Shown here: positions 19,070 through 27,602 of the stretch, piece after piece
Layout: the number at the start of each line of letters is the position of its first letter
Position numbering within the stretch: the first letter of the stretch is position 1
Source of the DNA: an uncultured Muribaculaceae bacterium
GTDB lineage: Bacteria > Bacillota_I > Bacilli_A > RF39 > UBA660
Reading direction: 5' to 3'
DNA length: 63,372 bases
NCBI GenBank assembly: GCA_964370545.1
Contig: CAYJJQ010000004.1
Span: 1-63,372 of the forward strand
Notes under the pieces: model-generated
What the model was told of the DNA's origin: nothing
Seen by the model: the letters and a program-made list of their open reading frames with translations, nothing else
Databases searched by the model: none
Program-made: the position numbers and the translations under genes

Positions 19070-20212
19070 ATGAAAAAGAAAATTATGTATGTGTGTTTAT
19101 TTTTTGTGATTGGAACTATAGGTTTTATCTATTATTTTAAAAATAGTAATAATGAACAAAATGAGTTTTCTTCTTCTGTAAAATATGCTATCAATGTAGA
19201 TGGAGTGAGTCAAAATACTTTTCCTTCAAGTGGTAATTATGATGTTAGTGTAAATTGTGATAATGCAGTAGGAGAGTGGGATTATAAACTTGCTGGGGTA
19301 AAATTCACTAGTATTTCTGGTCCGACTGAATGTGCAGTTACTTTTACAAGTACAGCAAGTAAAACTACTATGTCAAATTATATTATAAATACTTTATATG
19401 CAGGTACTGAAGGTAGAAATGGTATATATTATACAAACTCATCAGAGTATAGATATACAGGATTAAATCCAAATAATTATATATGGTTTAATGATGAACT
19501 ATGGAGAATAATAGGAGTATTTGATAAAGATTCCCATGGAAGAGATGGAGAAAATCTAGTAAAAATAATAAGCGAAGATAGCTATACATATGCATTTGAT
19601 ACAGCAGATGATAACTCGTGGGCTGACTCTGGAGGAGGAGCAACACTTAATATTCTATATAACACATACTATTATAATAGTATAAATGGAACAAGTTATG
19701 CAGGGTGTAGGGGATATTCAAGTACAATAACAAAGTCATGTGATTTTAAAAACTCAGGATTAGATGTAGAAGCAAGAGAAATGGTGCAAAGTGTAACGTG
19801 GTATTTGGGAGCACATTCTACAACAGGAGTAACAGCAAGCGTAATGTATGGATATGAAAGAGGAAGTGTTGTATCAAGTGGAACATATACCAGCACAACA
19901 GCAAATATAGGATTAATGTATGCAAGTGATTATGGATATGCAGCACCAGCAAGCTGTTTGACAACAAATTTAAGTGGTTATAATACTGCTGCATGTGGAG
20001 GTAATAATTGGCTTTTAGAAAACCAATATGAATTTACACTAACAGCCAGCTCCACTAACTTGAACCGTGTGGGGATTGTGAGCTATAACGGCAACGTGAA
20101 CAACAACAACGTTTTCTACGGCTATGCCTCTCGGCCAGCCTTGTATCTGAAATCTTCTTCGGTATACTTAGGAGGAACGGGAAGCGAAGCTGATCCGTTC
20201 ATAGTAGGATAA
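19070..20212 (+). CDS. DGR target protein 2 (short-N-terminus form): membrane-anchored protein with C-terminal variable region
   Basis: N-terminal TM anchor. The C-terminal half is about 90% identical to target 1. Contains VR2. Confidence 0.85.
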   Translation: MKKKIMYVCLFFVIGTIGFIYYFKNSNNEQNEFSSSVKYAINVDGVSQNTFPSSGNYDVSVNCDNAVGEWDYKLAGVKFTSISGPTECAVTFTSTASKTTMSNYIINTLYAGTEGRNGIYYTNSSEYRYTGLNPNNYIWFNDELWRIIGVFDKDSHGRDGENLVKIISEDSYTYAFDTADDNSWADSGGGATLNILYNTYYYNSINGTSYAGCRGYSSTITKSCDFKNSGLDVEAREMVQSVTWYLGAHSTTGVTASVMYGYERGSVVSSGTYTSTTANIGLMYASDYGYAAPASCLTTNLSGYNTAACGGNNWLLENQYEFTLTASSTNLNRVGIVSYNGNVNNNNVFYGYASRPALYLKSSSVYLGGTGSEADPFIVG

Positions 20213-20261
20213 AAAGAGAAAGAAAGAACCAAATAAACCGCCGGCAGGCGGTTTTTATTTT
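19421..20261 (+). repeat. Direct repeat copy 2 (about 0.84 kb)
   Basis: See copy 1 (15839..16679). Confidence 0.8.
20041..20131 (+). other. DGR variable repeat VR2
   Basis: Gap-free alignment to the TR (offset 1470). About 10 differences at TR adenines and 3 at non-adenines. 7 of 15 AAY codons are changed, and a central block is identical to the TR. Confidence 0.85.
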
Positions 20262-20262
20262 T
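20236..20262 (+). terminator. GC-rich terminator hairpin after target gene 2
   Basis: aaccgcc-ggca-ggcggtt plus a T run. Confidence 0.75.
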
Positions 20263-20345
20263 GGTTAAAAATCATTATAACTTAAATAAGTATTATTGTG
20301 GGTTATCTTTATTTATGATATACTTTTATAGTAAGGATATAGGGT

Positions 20346-21725
20346 ATGGCACTAACAAAAAGAAATATTGTGTTGTGTATTATATTAATTTTGATTGTAA
20401 CACTTAGTTACACTCTTTTTAGTGTAGCAAACTCTAAAAATATATTAAAAACAGATGCAACTAATGAAAATGAACTTTTTTCAGTATTTTTGGAATCAAC
20501 AGAAGGTTCTAATGTCTATACTTATACAGAAGTTACAGAGTGGCCAACAGATTACGTCTTTAATGCAACAAAATCATACTGTACATATGGTTCAGAGTTA
20601 TCTTGGGACGGAGTCGGAGTTTTTGTATCACTAACAGGTTCTGATGAGTGTTTTGTTTATTTTAAATATCCACCAGATATTTACTTATCAAGTTTAACTT
20701 TAGATGGTGTGCCAGTTTCTTCTATACCTGCTAAGTCAGATAATTTAAGAGTAGATACAACATGTACTAATGCTGATGTTAAATGGGACTATAATGAATG
20801 GTCATATAGTATTGAAAACGTAACAAATAAAGTGAGTTGTTCTATTAGTTTTGTTACAATCAATAATACACCTAATCTTTCAGATTATATTATTGATTTA
20901 CATAATGGTGTTAATGGAACTGATAGTATATATTTTACAAATAATTCAGAATATAGATATACAGGATTAAATCCTAATAATTTTATTTGGTTTAATAATG
21001 AATTATGGCGTATTATAGGTGTGTTTGATGATAATTCTCATGGGCAAACTGGAGAAAACTTAGTTAAGATAGTCAACGAAAAATCTTTTACATATGTACT
21101 TGATACAGGAAATGATAATTCATGGGCCGATTCAGGGGGAGGAGCAACTTTAAAAACTCTTTATAATACATACTATTATAACAGTACAAATGGTACATCT
21201 TATACAGGTTGTTCTGCTGATAGAACAACTGCAAAAAGAAGTTGTGATTTTACATATTACGGTTTAGGTCCAAAAGAAAGAGAATTAACTGCTGAAACTA
21301 CTTGGTATTTAGGAGCTATCAATACTAGTGGGAGTGTTACTGCATTAGGTGCTTATAATATGGAACGCAGCAGCACTGTTACCAGCGGTACATATTCTAC
21401 TACAAATGCGTATATTGGACTAGCATATTTAAGCGATATGGGTTACGCGTCAGAATACTCATGTTGGACTAGCAGTGTTGATCTATTTGGCTATCAACAT
21501 AATAATTATTGCGCCAATAATTGGTTTTTAGAAAAAAATGATAAAACAATAACTTTTTCTGGCGAGTATGGCACTACAACAGAAATAGTTGGTTATGATA
21601 GTTCGATGGATTATTATTCTGCAAATAATGGTTGGTATAACACATACCCAACCTTGCACTTAACTGCTGATGCTAAATACATTGATGGTAATGGTACTTT
21701 AATAGATCCATATATTATTAATTAA
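20346..21725 (+). CDS. Non-diversified paralog of DGR target 1 (long-N-terminus form)
   Basis: Shares the N-terminal domain with 15257 (ELFSVFLE..NVYTYTEVTEWP.DY.FN..KSYCTYGSELSWDG) and the central YRYTG..PNN.IWFN.ELWRIIGVFD core. Its C-terminus has no TR match. Confidence 0.8.
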   Translation: MALTKRNIVLCIILILIVTLSYTLFSVANSKNILKTDATNENELFSVFLESTEGSNVYTYTEVTEWPTDYVFNATKSYCTYGSELSWDGVGVFVSLTGSDECFVYFKYPPDIYLSSLTLDGVPVSSIPAKSDNLRVDTTCTNADVKWDYNEWSYSIENVTNKVSCSISFVTINNTPNLSDYIIDLHNGVNGTDSIYFTNNSEYRYTGLNPNNFIWFNNELWRIIGVFDDNSHGQTGENLVKIVNEKSFTYVLDTGNDNSWADSGGGATLKTLYNTYYYNSTNGTSYTGCSADRTTAKRSCDFTYYGLGPKERELTAETTWYLGAINTSGSVTALGAYNMERSSTVTSGTYSTTNAYIGLAYLSDMGYASEYSCWTSSVDLFGYQHNNYCANNWFLEKNDKTITFSGEYGTTTEIVGYDSSMDYYSANNGWYNTYPTLHLTADAKYIDGNGTLIDPYIIN

Positions 21726-21743
21726 AAAGAAAGGAAAACAAAT

Positions 21744-22880
21744 ATGAAAAAAAAATATACAATTTCTATATGTAGTGCAATAATTCTTATATTTGTTTTT
21801 ATAGTTACATATATAAATAATAGCAGTGATTCAGAAGAATTAATAAATTATGCAATATTAGTTGATGGCATAAGTCAAAATAGTTTTCCTCTTTCTGGAA
21901 ACTATGATGTAACAGTTACTTGTGATAATGCAACAGCATCGTGGGATCATAAAATTAGAGGAATAAAATTCGCTGAAATAAATGGCCCATCTGAATGTAA
22001 TGTGAACTTTACTACCAAAACATCAGCATCTACGACTATGTCAAATTATGTTATTAATACATTATATGCAAATACGGCAGGTAGAAATGGAATTTATAGA
22101 ACAAATAATGCTGAATATAGATATACAGGATTAGCTCCAAATAACTATATTTACTATAATGATGAATTGTGGAGAATAATAGGAGTTTTTAATTCAAATT
22201 CTCATGGAAATGCTAATCAAAATTTAGTTAAAATCATTAATGAAAAATATTTTTTTAGCAGCTATGGTTCTTTTTTAAACTCAGACGGTTCATCTACACC
22301 TCGCAATGCTTGGGAACTGACTGATGGCGAGGAGGCCTATATAAATATGTACCTAAATACATTATATTATAATTCAAGAGATTGGAATCATGCGAATGCT
22401 TTTTTTCAAGTAAACGGATTAGATTTAGAGGCTAGAAACATGATTCAATCATCAACATGGTATCTAGGAGGAAGAACTTCTGCAAGTTATAACGCCTCAG
22501 AATTTTACAGTTATGAAAGAAGCTCTAATGTATCATCTATTTCTAAGGTTAGTTCTATAGATAATATAGGATTAATGTATGTAAGTGACTTTGCATATGC
22601 TGCTCAATATTCATGCTGGAATTCAGGATATGATTTAAGTGCATATAGTAATACTACGTGTGCTGCTGCTAATTGGTTATCATCATCGTTTCAAGAAATG
22701 ATGATTACTCCTGATATATCTGATACAACACAAATCTTTTATATTAACGAAATTGGTTCAATAGGAGCAGCAAATGCTACTATTGGATGGACTTATAGAC
22801 CTACATTATATTTAAAAGAATCAGTATATTATATTTCGGGAACAGGTACTCAAACTGATCCATTTATAATAGGGTATTAA
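21744..22880 (+). CDS. Non-diversified paralog of DGR target 2 (short-N-terminus form)
   Basis: Shares the N-terminal domain with 19070 (YAI.VDG.SQN.FP.SGNYDV.V.CDNA...WD.K..G.KF..I.GP.EC.V.FT). The C-terminus ends ...GWTYRPTLYLKES but is AT-rich with no TR match. Confidence 0.8.
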   Translation: MKKKYTISICSAIILIFVFIVTYINNSSDSEELINYAILVDGISQNSFPLSGNYDVTVTCDNATASWDHKIRGIKFAEINGPSECNVNFTTKTSASTTMSNYVINTLYANTAGRNGIYRTNNAEYRYTGLAPNNYIYYNDELWRIIGVFNSNSHGNANQNLVKIINEKYFFSSYGSFLNSDGSSTPRNAWELTDGEEAYINMYLNTLYYNSRDWNHANAFFQVNGLDLEARNMIQSSTWYLGGRTSASYNASEFYSYERSSNVSSISKVSSIDNIGLMYVSDFAYAAQYSCWNSGYDLSAYSNTTCAAANWLSSSFQEMMITPDISDTTQIFYINEIGSIGAANATIGWTYRPTLYLKESVYYISGTGTQTDPFIIGY

Positions 22881-22917
22881 TAAATATAAAATGTAAATAA
22901 TATAAAAGGAGTATAAT

Positions 22918-23427
22918 ATGTTTATAATGTGTATAACAATCTTTTTTGCTAGATTACTAGATGTTTCTATTGGGACAGTAAGAACTATTTTAATGGTTAG
23001 AGGAAAAAGAAAAATAACTGCATTACTTGCTTTTGTAGAAGTAATTATATGGTTTCTAATAGCAAGAGAGGCACTTAATAATGCAGCGGATAGTATATGG
23101 GTTACAATAAGTTATGCTGGAGGTTTTGCAGTAGGTACATATGTAGGATCATTTATTACTGATAAATTTGTAAATGCTTTTATAGGAGTGCAAGTAACTA
23201 CTTATAAAGATAATGATAATTTAATAAATGATTTAAGAAAAGAAGGTTATGGAGTATCAGTTGTTAATCTTAAAAAAGAAATGCAAGAAGAGAAGAAAGA
23301 TATGCTATTTATAGAGCTTAAGAGTAAAGGTTTAAGTGAACTTATAAAAATAATTAAAGATAATGATAAACATGCTTTTATAGTAGTTAATGAAAGAAAG
23401 TATGTAAGAAATGGTGTATTTAAGTAG
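22918..23427 (+). CDS. UPF0316-family membrane protein (DUF2179 C-terminal domain)
   Basis: The N-terminal ARLLDVSIGTVRTILMVRGKR pattern and overall size and topology are typical of UPF0316/YebE-like proteins. Confidence 0.6.
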   Translation: MFIMCITIFFARLLDVSIGTVRTILMVRGKRKITALLAFVEVIIWFLIAREALNNAADSIWVTISYAGGFAVGTYVGSFITDKFVNAFIGVQVTTYKDNDNLINDLRKEGYGVSVVNLKKEMQEEKKDMLFIELKSKGLSELIKIIKDNDKHAFIVVNERKYVRNGVFK

Positions 23428-23453
23428 CGAATCTAAATATGTAAGATGTATAC

Positions 23454-23482
23454 TTGACAAAATGTAACACGTATGCTATAAT
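23454..23482 (+). promoter_or_regulatory. Near-consensus promoter
   Basis: TTGACA, 17-nt spacer, TGcTATAAT (extended -10). Confidence 0.65.
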
Positions 23483-23508
23483 GTATGTGTATTTAGGGGG
23501 TACACAAT

Positions 23509-23928
23509 ATGAAAGGTTATGTATTAGATTATATTGATGAAAATGAATTTAGAAAATTAGAAAGAGCTTTAAAGAAGTATAATATGCTTGCTTTTAAGAA
23601 ACTTAATTTTGAATATTACCCATCTTTAAGAGCTGGTAAAGCTATTGGAGAACTTATTTCTAAGAATAAAGAAAAGGGTAGTGAAACATATGAATTAAAA
23701 CTTCCAAGTGATAAAACATTTGCTCAAATACATGGTGATGTAACACTTGTATATACAGTATTTAAAAAAGATAAAACTGTTATACTTGATACTATAACAC
23801 CTGAGCATATATTACTTGAAGGTCATAGATCAGAACTTACTACTTATAAAGGTATTATGATAAGTAAAGCTAATGCTTCAAAAGATATGTTTAAAATTGA
23901 TTTACTCAATATGTTACAAGATAAATAA
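23509..23928 (+). CDS. Hypothetical protein (139 aa)
   Basis: ORF with a GGGGG RBS behind a consensus promoter. The central LVYTVFKKDKTVILDTITPEH stretch is faintly RelE/ParE-like, but I cannot support that call. Confidence 0.5.
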   Translation: MKGYVLDYIDENEFRKLERALKKYNMLAFKKLNFEYYPSLRAGKAIGELISKNKEKGSETYELKLPSDKTFAQIHGDVTLVYTVFKKDKTVILDTITPEHILLEGHRSELTTYKGIMISKANASKDMFKIDLLNMLQDK

Positions 23929-23946
23929 TAATATTTTGTATAAATA

Positions 23947-23980
23947 AAACTTAGAAAGCTAATTCTTTCTAAGTTTTTTT
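23947..23980 (+). terminator. Terminator hairpin overlapping the 3' end of the convergent carboxypeptidase gene
   Basis: aaacttagaaag ... ctttctaagttt stem plus a T run. Confidence 0.55.
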
Positions 23981-25146
23981 ATGATTATTAATATAGTTAT
24001 TAGAGATATTACTCCTAATACTATATGTACAGAATATGTTTTTAAATTACCTATAAGTGATATATCTAGTGAGTTATTATATGTAACATTAAATGAGTTA
24101 ATTACTTTATCATTATAGACAACTTCTATCGTTCCGAGGTCATTAATATCATCTGTTGGATCGATGATATTAATTCCGTGGTAGTTATATGTAACTGAGT
24201 TTGGGTTTTCTTCTTTATGCATTAAATATTTAAATGTAGTAGGGGCTAATATATTGTACTGATTAACAGTACTATTAGTAGTATCTAAGAAGTATAATAT
24301 TTCATTTTCTTCATAAATAGTTTTATATTCATAGTTTTCATCTACATACTCATATATATTAACTGCATCTATTAGTTGATAAGCTTTACCAGTTAAATGG
24401 TTAGCTCCTAGTGTTATAAGTAAATAGGGTATATCAGTATTTCTAGATATACTAGCAAAACATAATCCTGCTTCACTTACATAACCTGTTTTACCACCTG
24501 CTATTAAACTAGTATCTATATTATGATAACTTCCTAATAATGTATAAGTTGGAGAAAAGGTTATATTTTTATCACTGGTTAAATAAGTTTTACTAGTAAA
24601 TAATTTATAAAATGTATCATTTTCTAAAGCATATAATAATAACTGACTTATATCATAAGCACTAGAATAATGATTTTCATCATATAGTCCAGTAGTGTTA
24701 GTAAAATTAGTATTCTTAAGTTCTAACTTTACTACTAAATCATTCATAAGTTTAATAAACTCATTAGTACTTCCTGATATGCCTCTAGCAAGCGTATTAG
24801 CAGCATCTGCGCCACTTTCTAGCATTAAACCATATAATAAGTCATTATAAGTAACAGACTGTCCTAGTTTAAAATTAGCAACAGAAGCATTAGCTGCTTC
24901 TAAACCTTCTAAATCTTCACTGGTAACTGTTATTCTTTCATTCAAATTATCTATATTTTCAATTGCTACTATAGCAGTAACAATTTTAGTTAAACTTGCT
25001 ATATAGTCTTTTTCATAAGCATTATTATCCATTATTATAGTATTATCTTCTAAATTATATAAAATATAGCTTTCAGAATTAATATCTAAAGCATATACAT
25101 TTATAAAAGAAAATATTAAAAATAAAGCAAAAGTCAGTTTTTTCAT
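23959..25146 (-). CDS. D-alanyl-D-alanine carboxypeptidase (S11 family, low-MW PBP)
   Basis: Signal peptide, SLTK (SxxK), KTGY (KTG) and a C-terminal TM anchor. Confidence 0.8.
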   Translation of the reverse strand: MKKLTFALFLIFSFINVYALDINSESYILYNLEDNTIIMDNNAYEKDYIASLTKIVTAIVAIENIDNLNERITVTSEDLEGLEAANASVANFKLGQSVTYNDLLYGLMLESGADAANTLARGISGSTNEFIKLMNDLVVKLELKNTNFTNTTGLYDENHYSSAYDISQLLLYALENDTFYKLFTSKTYLTSDKNITFSPTYTLLGSYHNIDTSLIAGGKTGYVSEAGLCFASISRNTDIPYLLITLGANHLTGKAYQLIDAVNIYEYVDENYEYKTIYEENEILYFLDTTNSTVNQYNILAPTTFKYLMHKEENPNSVTYNYHGINIIDPTDDINDLGTIEVVYNDKVINSFNVTYNNSLDISLIGNLKTYSVHIVLGVISLITILIIIKKLRKN

Positions 25147-25239
25147 ATCTTACCTCTATAAAAATTATAGCATTATAGCAAAATAAAGTAAATTATTATT
25201 GCATGTAACCAAAAAATATGCTAAAATTAAAAAGCAAGT

Positions 25240-25316
25240 GGACCTCTAGCTCAGTTGGTTAGAGCATCCGGCTCATAACCGGGCGGTCGTAGGTTCAAGT
25301 CCTACGAGGTCCACCA
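25240..25316 (+). tRNA. tRNA with CAU anticodon (elongator Met or lysidine-dependent Ile2)
   Basis: Cloverleaf with acceptor ggacctc/gaggtcc, anticodon loop cuCAUaa, T-arm gtagg-ttcaagt-cctac and an encoded CCA. Met and Ile2 cannot be told apart by eye. Confidence 0.9.
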
Positions 25317-25319
25317 TAT

Positions 25320-25404
25320 GCAGGTATGGCGAAATTGGTAGACGCGCTAGACTTAGGATCTAGTGGATTACTCCATGGGGGTTCAAGTCCCTCTACCTGC
25401 ACCA
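25320..25404 (+). tRNA. tRNA-Leu (UAG anticodon), long variable arm
   Basis: Acceptor gcaggta/tacctgc, anticodon loop cuUAGga, long extra arm and an encoded CCA. Confidence 0.9.
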
Positions 25405-25420
25405 AAATTGCATGAAATAG

Positions 25421-25441
25421 CTTCCGAAAGGAAGTTTTTTT
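25421..25441 (+). terminator. Terminator after the tRNA pair
   Basis: cttcc-gaaa-ggaag plus 7 T. Confidence 0.8.
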
Positions 25442-25560
25442 ATTGATATAAATATCTTGCTTAATAAAATTAAGTAAGATTTAAGCAAGATAAAATATAG
25501 TATTTATTGACAAATACACCCTTTAAAGGTATTATATATACCAATTAATAGGGGATAATT

Positions 25561-26694
25561 ATGAAAGAAAATTATATTTTAAAAAAAGTAGGAAATTTAC
25601 TTTTAAAATTCAATAAAAGAGTTTTATTATTTAAGTCTGGTACTAAGATTAATTTAATTAAGGATAAAGATAATAATATTCAAAGCGTTACATATATAGG
25701 ATATGATAAGAACTTTTTACAAAGTTATTTAGCTATACCTGATGTAAGTTATGTATTTGTAAAAGAAGAACTAATGGAATATGTTACTAGTTTAGGGATT
25801 AAAAATGTAAGAAATATTGATGATGCTATGTTAATGAAAGATCTTCTTAAAAGTGGTTCGTCTATTTTAATATTTCCAGAGATAAACCTTAATTTAAGTG
25901 ATAATAAGTATATAAATACTTTAAATAAAAATTTTATTAAAAGTATTGTATATAATGCAATAAATAATAATGCATCTATTGCATCAATTTTTAAAGTAGG
26001 AGAAGATACATATATTACAAATAAAGTTTATATGCTTGATTTAATATATAATATAATAAACAAAGCGTTTAAAGATGTAATAAAAGATAAATGTAAAGAT
26101 TCTAAAGAATTTGATTTTATAAAAAAGAATTATGCTTTAGAAGATGAAAATAATATAGATTCTAGTATAGTTGATTTATTTATTTACTATTATTTCCATA
26201 ATGATAGATTTGTAAGTGATGATTTAAATAATTTTCTAGGTTATTTAGTAAATGAACTAGAAGAAGATGTAATATCTACACTATGCGAATCTATATATAT
26301 CTGTTATAAAAAAGAAAAAGAAAATAAATGTAAGTATAGTTATTTAAAATATAATTGTGATGATATAACATTTAGAGAAAATTTTTTATATAAACTTAAG
26401 TATGTTCCTAAAAGTTATGATGATGCAGTACATCATGCAACGAATTTATTTTCTGACTTTAAAGATAGTGATGCAATATGGTTGCTGTTATCATTTATTT
26501 TAAATAATTTAACTGAAGTAAATTATTTAACTTATTTCCATGATTTAGATCTTAAACTTAAATCATGTGAAATATATGTTAAAAATAATATAAAACTTGA
26601 TTATAGTTCTAAAAAATTATATTCACTTTATAAAAGTGCTGAACTAAGTGATTTAAAAGATAAGTGGGAAGAAGAGAAAAAATATATAAGATAA
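25561..26694 (+). CDS. Hypothetical protein (377 aa)
   Basis: Long ORF with a GGGGATAA RBS; no family recognised. Confidence 0.55.
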   Translation: MKENYILKKVGNLLLKFNKRVLLFKSGTKINLIKDKDNNIQSVTYIGYDKNFLQSYLAIPDVSYVFVKEELMEYVTSLGIKNVRNIDDAMLMKDLLKSGSSILIFPEINLNLSDNKYINTLNKNFIKSIVYNAINNNASIASIFKVGEDTYITNKVYMLDLIYNIINKAFKDVIKDKCKDSKEFDFIKKNYALEDENNIDSSIVDLFIYYYFHNDRFVSDDLNNFLGYLVNELEEDVISTLCESIYICYKKEKENKCKYSYLKYNCDDITFRENFLYKLKYVPKSYDDAVHHATNLFSDFKDSDAIWLLLSFILNNLTEVNYLTYFHDLDLKLKSCEIYVKNNIKLDYSSKKLYSLYKSAELSDLKDKWEEEKKYIR

Positions 26695-26733
26695 TTCTTG
26701 CTTAATATAAAAATTATATGATATAATTAAATT

Positions 26734-26907
26734 GTCTAAAGATGGTAAATCCCAATAAACCGACTAATATAGATAATCGGGGAATTAATTATATAGTAGG
26801 CATTGAATACTGACCCATTAAGTGTGTTAGGATCCGAAGCTATATATGTATTCTACCACCTCGCGTGAGCGGGCTTTATCTAGGGACCCATCTTTAGGCT
26901 TTTTTTA
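26734..26907 (+). ncRNA. Candidate 6S RNA (rod-like structured RNA upstream of tcdA)
   Basis: Promoter TTGCTT-18-TATAAT (26698..26727). A 12+4-bp closing helix (gtctaaagatgg..tccc / ggga.ccatctttaggc) is extended by ataaa/tttat. There is an internal helix atatag/ctatat, large asymmetric internal loops and a terminal U tract. As I recall, B. subtilis 6S-1 (bsrA) lies next to yrvM/tcdA. Confidence 0.45.
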
Positions 26908-26918
26908 TAGGAGAAATT

Positions 26919-27587
26919 ATGTTTGAAAGAATTGAAAAATTAATAGGAATTACTAACTTAAATAAAATAAAATCTAAAAATATCTTAATAGTAGGTATTG
27001 GTGGAGTAGGTGGAGTAGCACTTGAATGTCTTGTAAGAAGTGGAGTAGAAAATATAACTATTATAGATTTTGATACTTTTGAAGAAAGTAATTTAAATAG
27101 ACAAATATTATCTAATAATTCTAATATAGGTAATAAAAAAACATTAGAAGCTGTAAAAAGATATAAAGATATAAATAATAATTTAAATATAAAATCATTA
27201 GATTTATTTATAGATAAATCTAATATAAATACTTTAGAAAAATACGATTATATAATAGATGCTTGTGATAGTATGGAAGCTAAAGTAGAACTTATTAAAT
27301 ATTCTATTACTAATAATATAAATATAATTAGTTCTATGGGTATGGGTAATAGATTAGATCCTTCTAAAGTATATATTACTAAGTTATCTAAAACAGAAAA
27401 TGATCCTTTATCTAAAAGGTTAAGAAACCTTCTTAGAAAAGAAAACATAACTTTAAATATTCCAGTAGTAGCAAGTAAGGAAGTGCCACTTAAAAGTCAG
27501 TTAATTACCTCTATGATAAGTGTTCCACTAGCAGCAGGTAATTTACTTGCATACTATGTAATAAATGACATAATAAAAGACAACTAG
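26919..27587 (+). CDS. tcdA: tRNA threonylcarbamoyladenosine dehydratase (ThiF/MoeB-family E1-like)
   Basis: ILIVGIGGVGGVALECLVRSG...IDFD....SNLNRQ nucleotide-binding motif, at a TcdA-like size. Confidence 0.75.
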   Translation: MFERIEKLIGITNLNKIKSKNILIVGIGGVGGVALECLVRSGVENITIIDFDTFEESNLNRQILSNNSNIGNKKTLEAVKRYKDINNNLNIKSLDLFIDKSNINTLEKYDYIIDACDSMEAKVELIKYSITNNINIISSMGMGNRLDPSKVYITKLSKTENDPLSKRLRNLLRKENITLNIPVVASKEVPLKSQLITSMISVPLAAGNLLAYYVINDIIKDN

Positions 27588-27602
27588 TAATAGTTGTCCT
27601 TT

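Noticed and set aside
26734-26907. Riboswitch or attenuator controlling tcdA
   Set aside because: No known riboswitch core motif is recognisable. The element has its own promoter, and a full-length closing helix joins its two ends. That fits a stand-alone RNA (6S-like) better than an expression platform.
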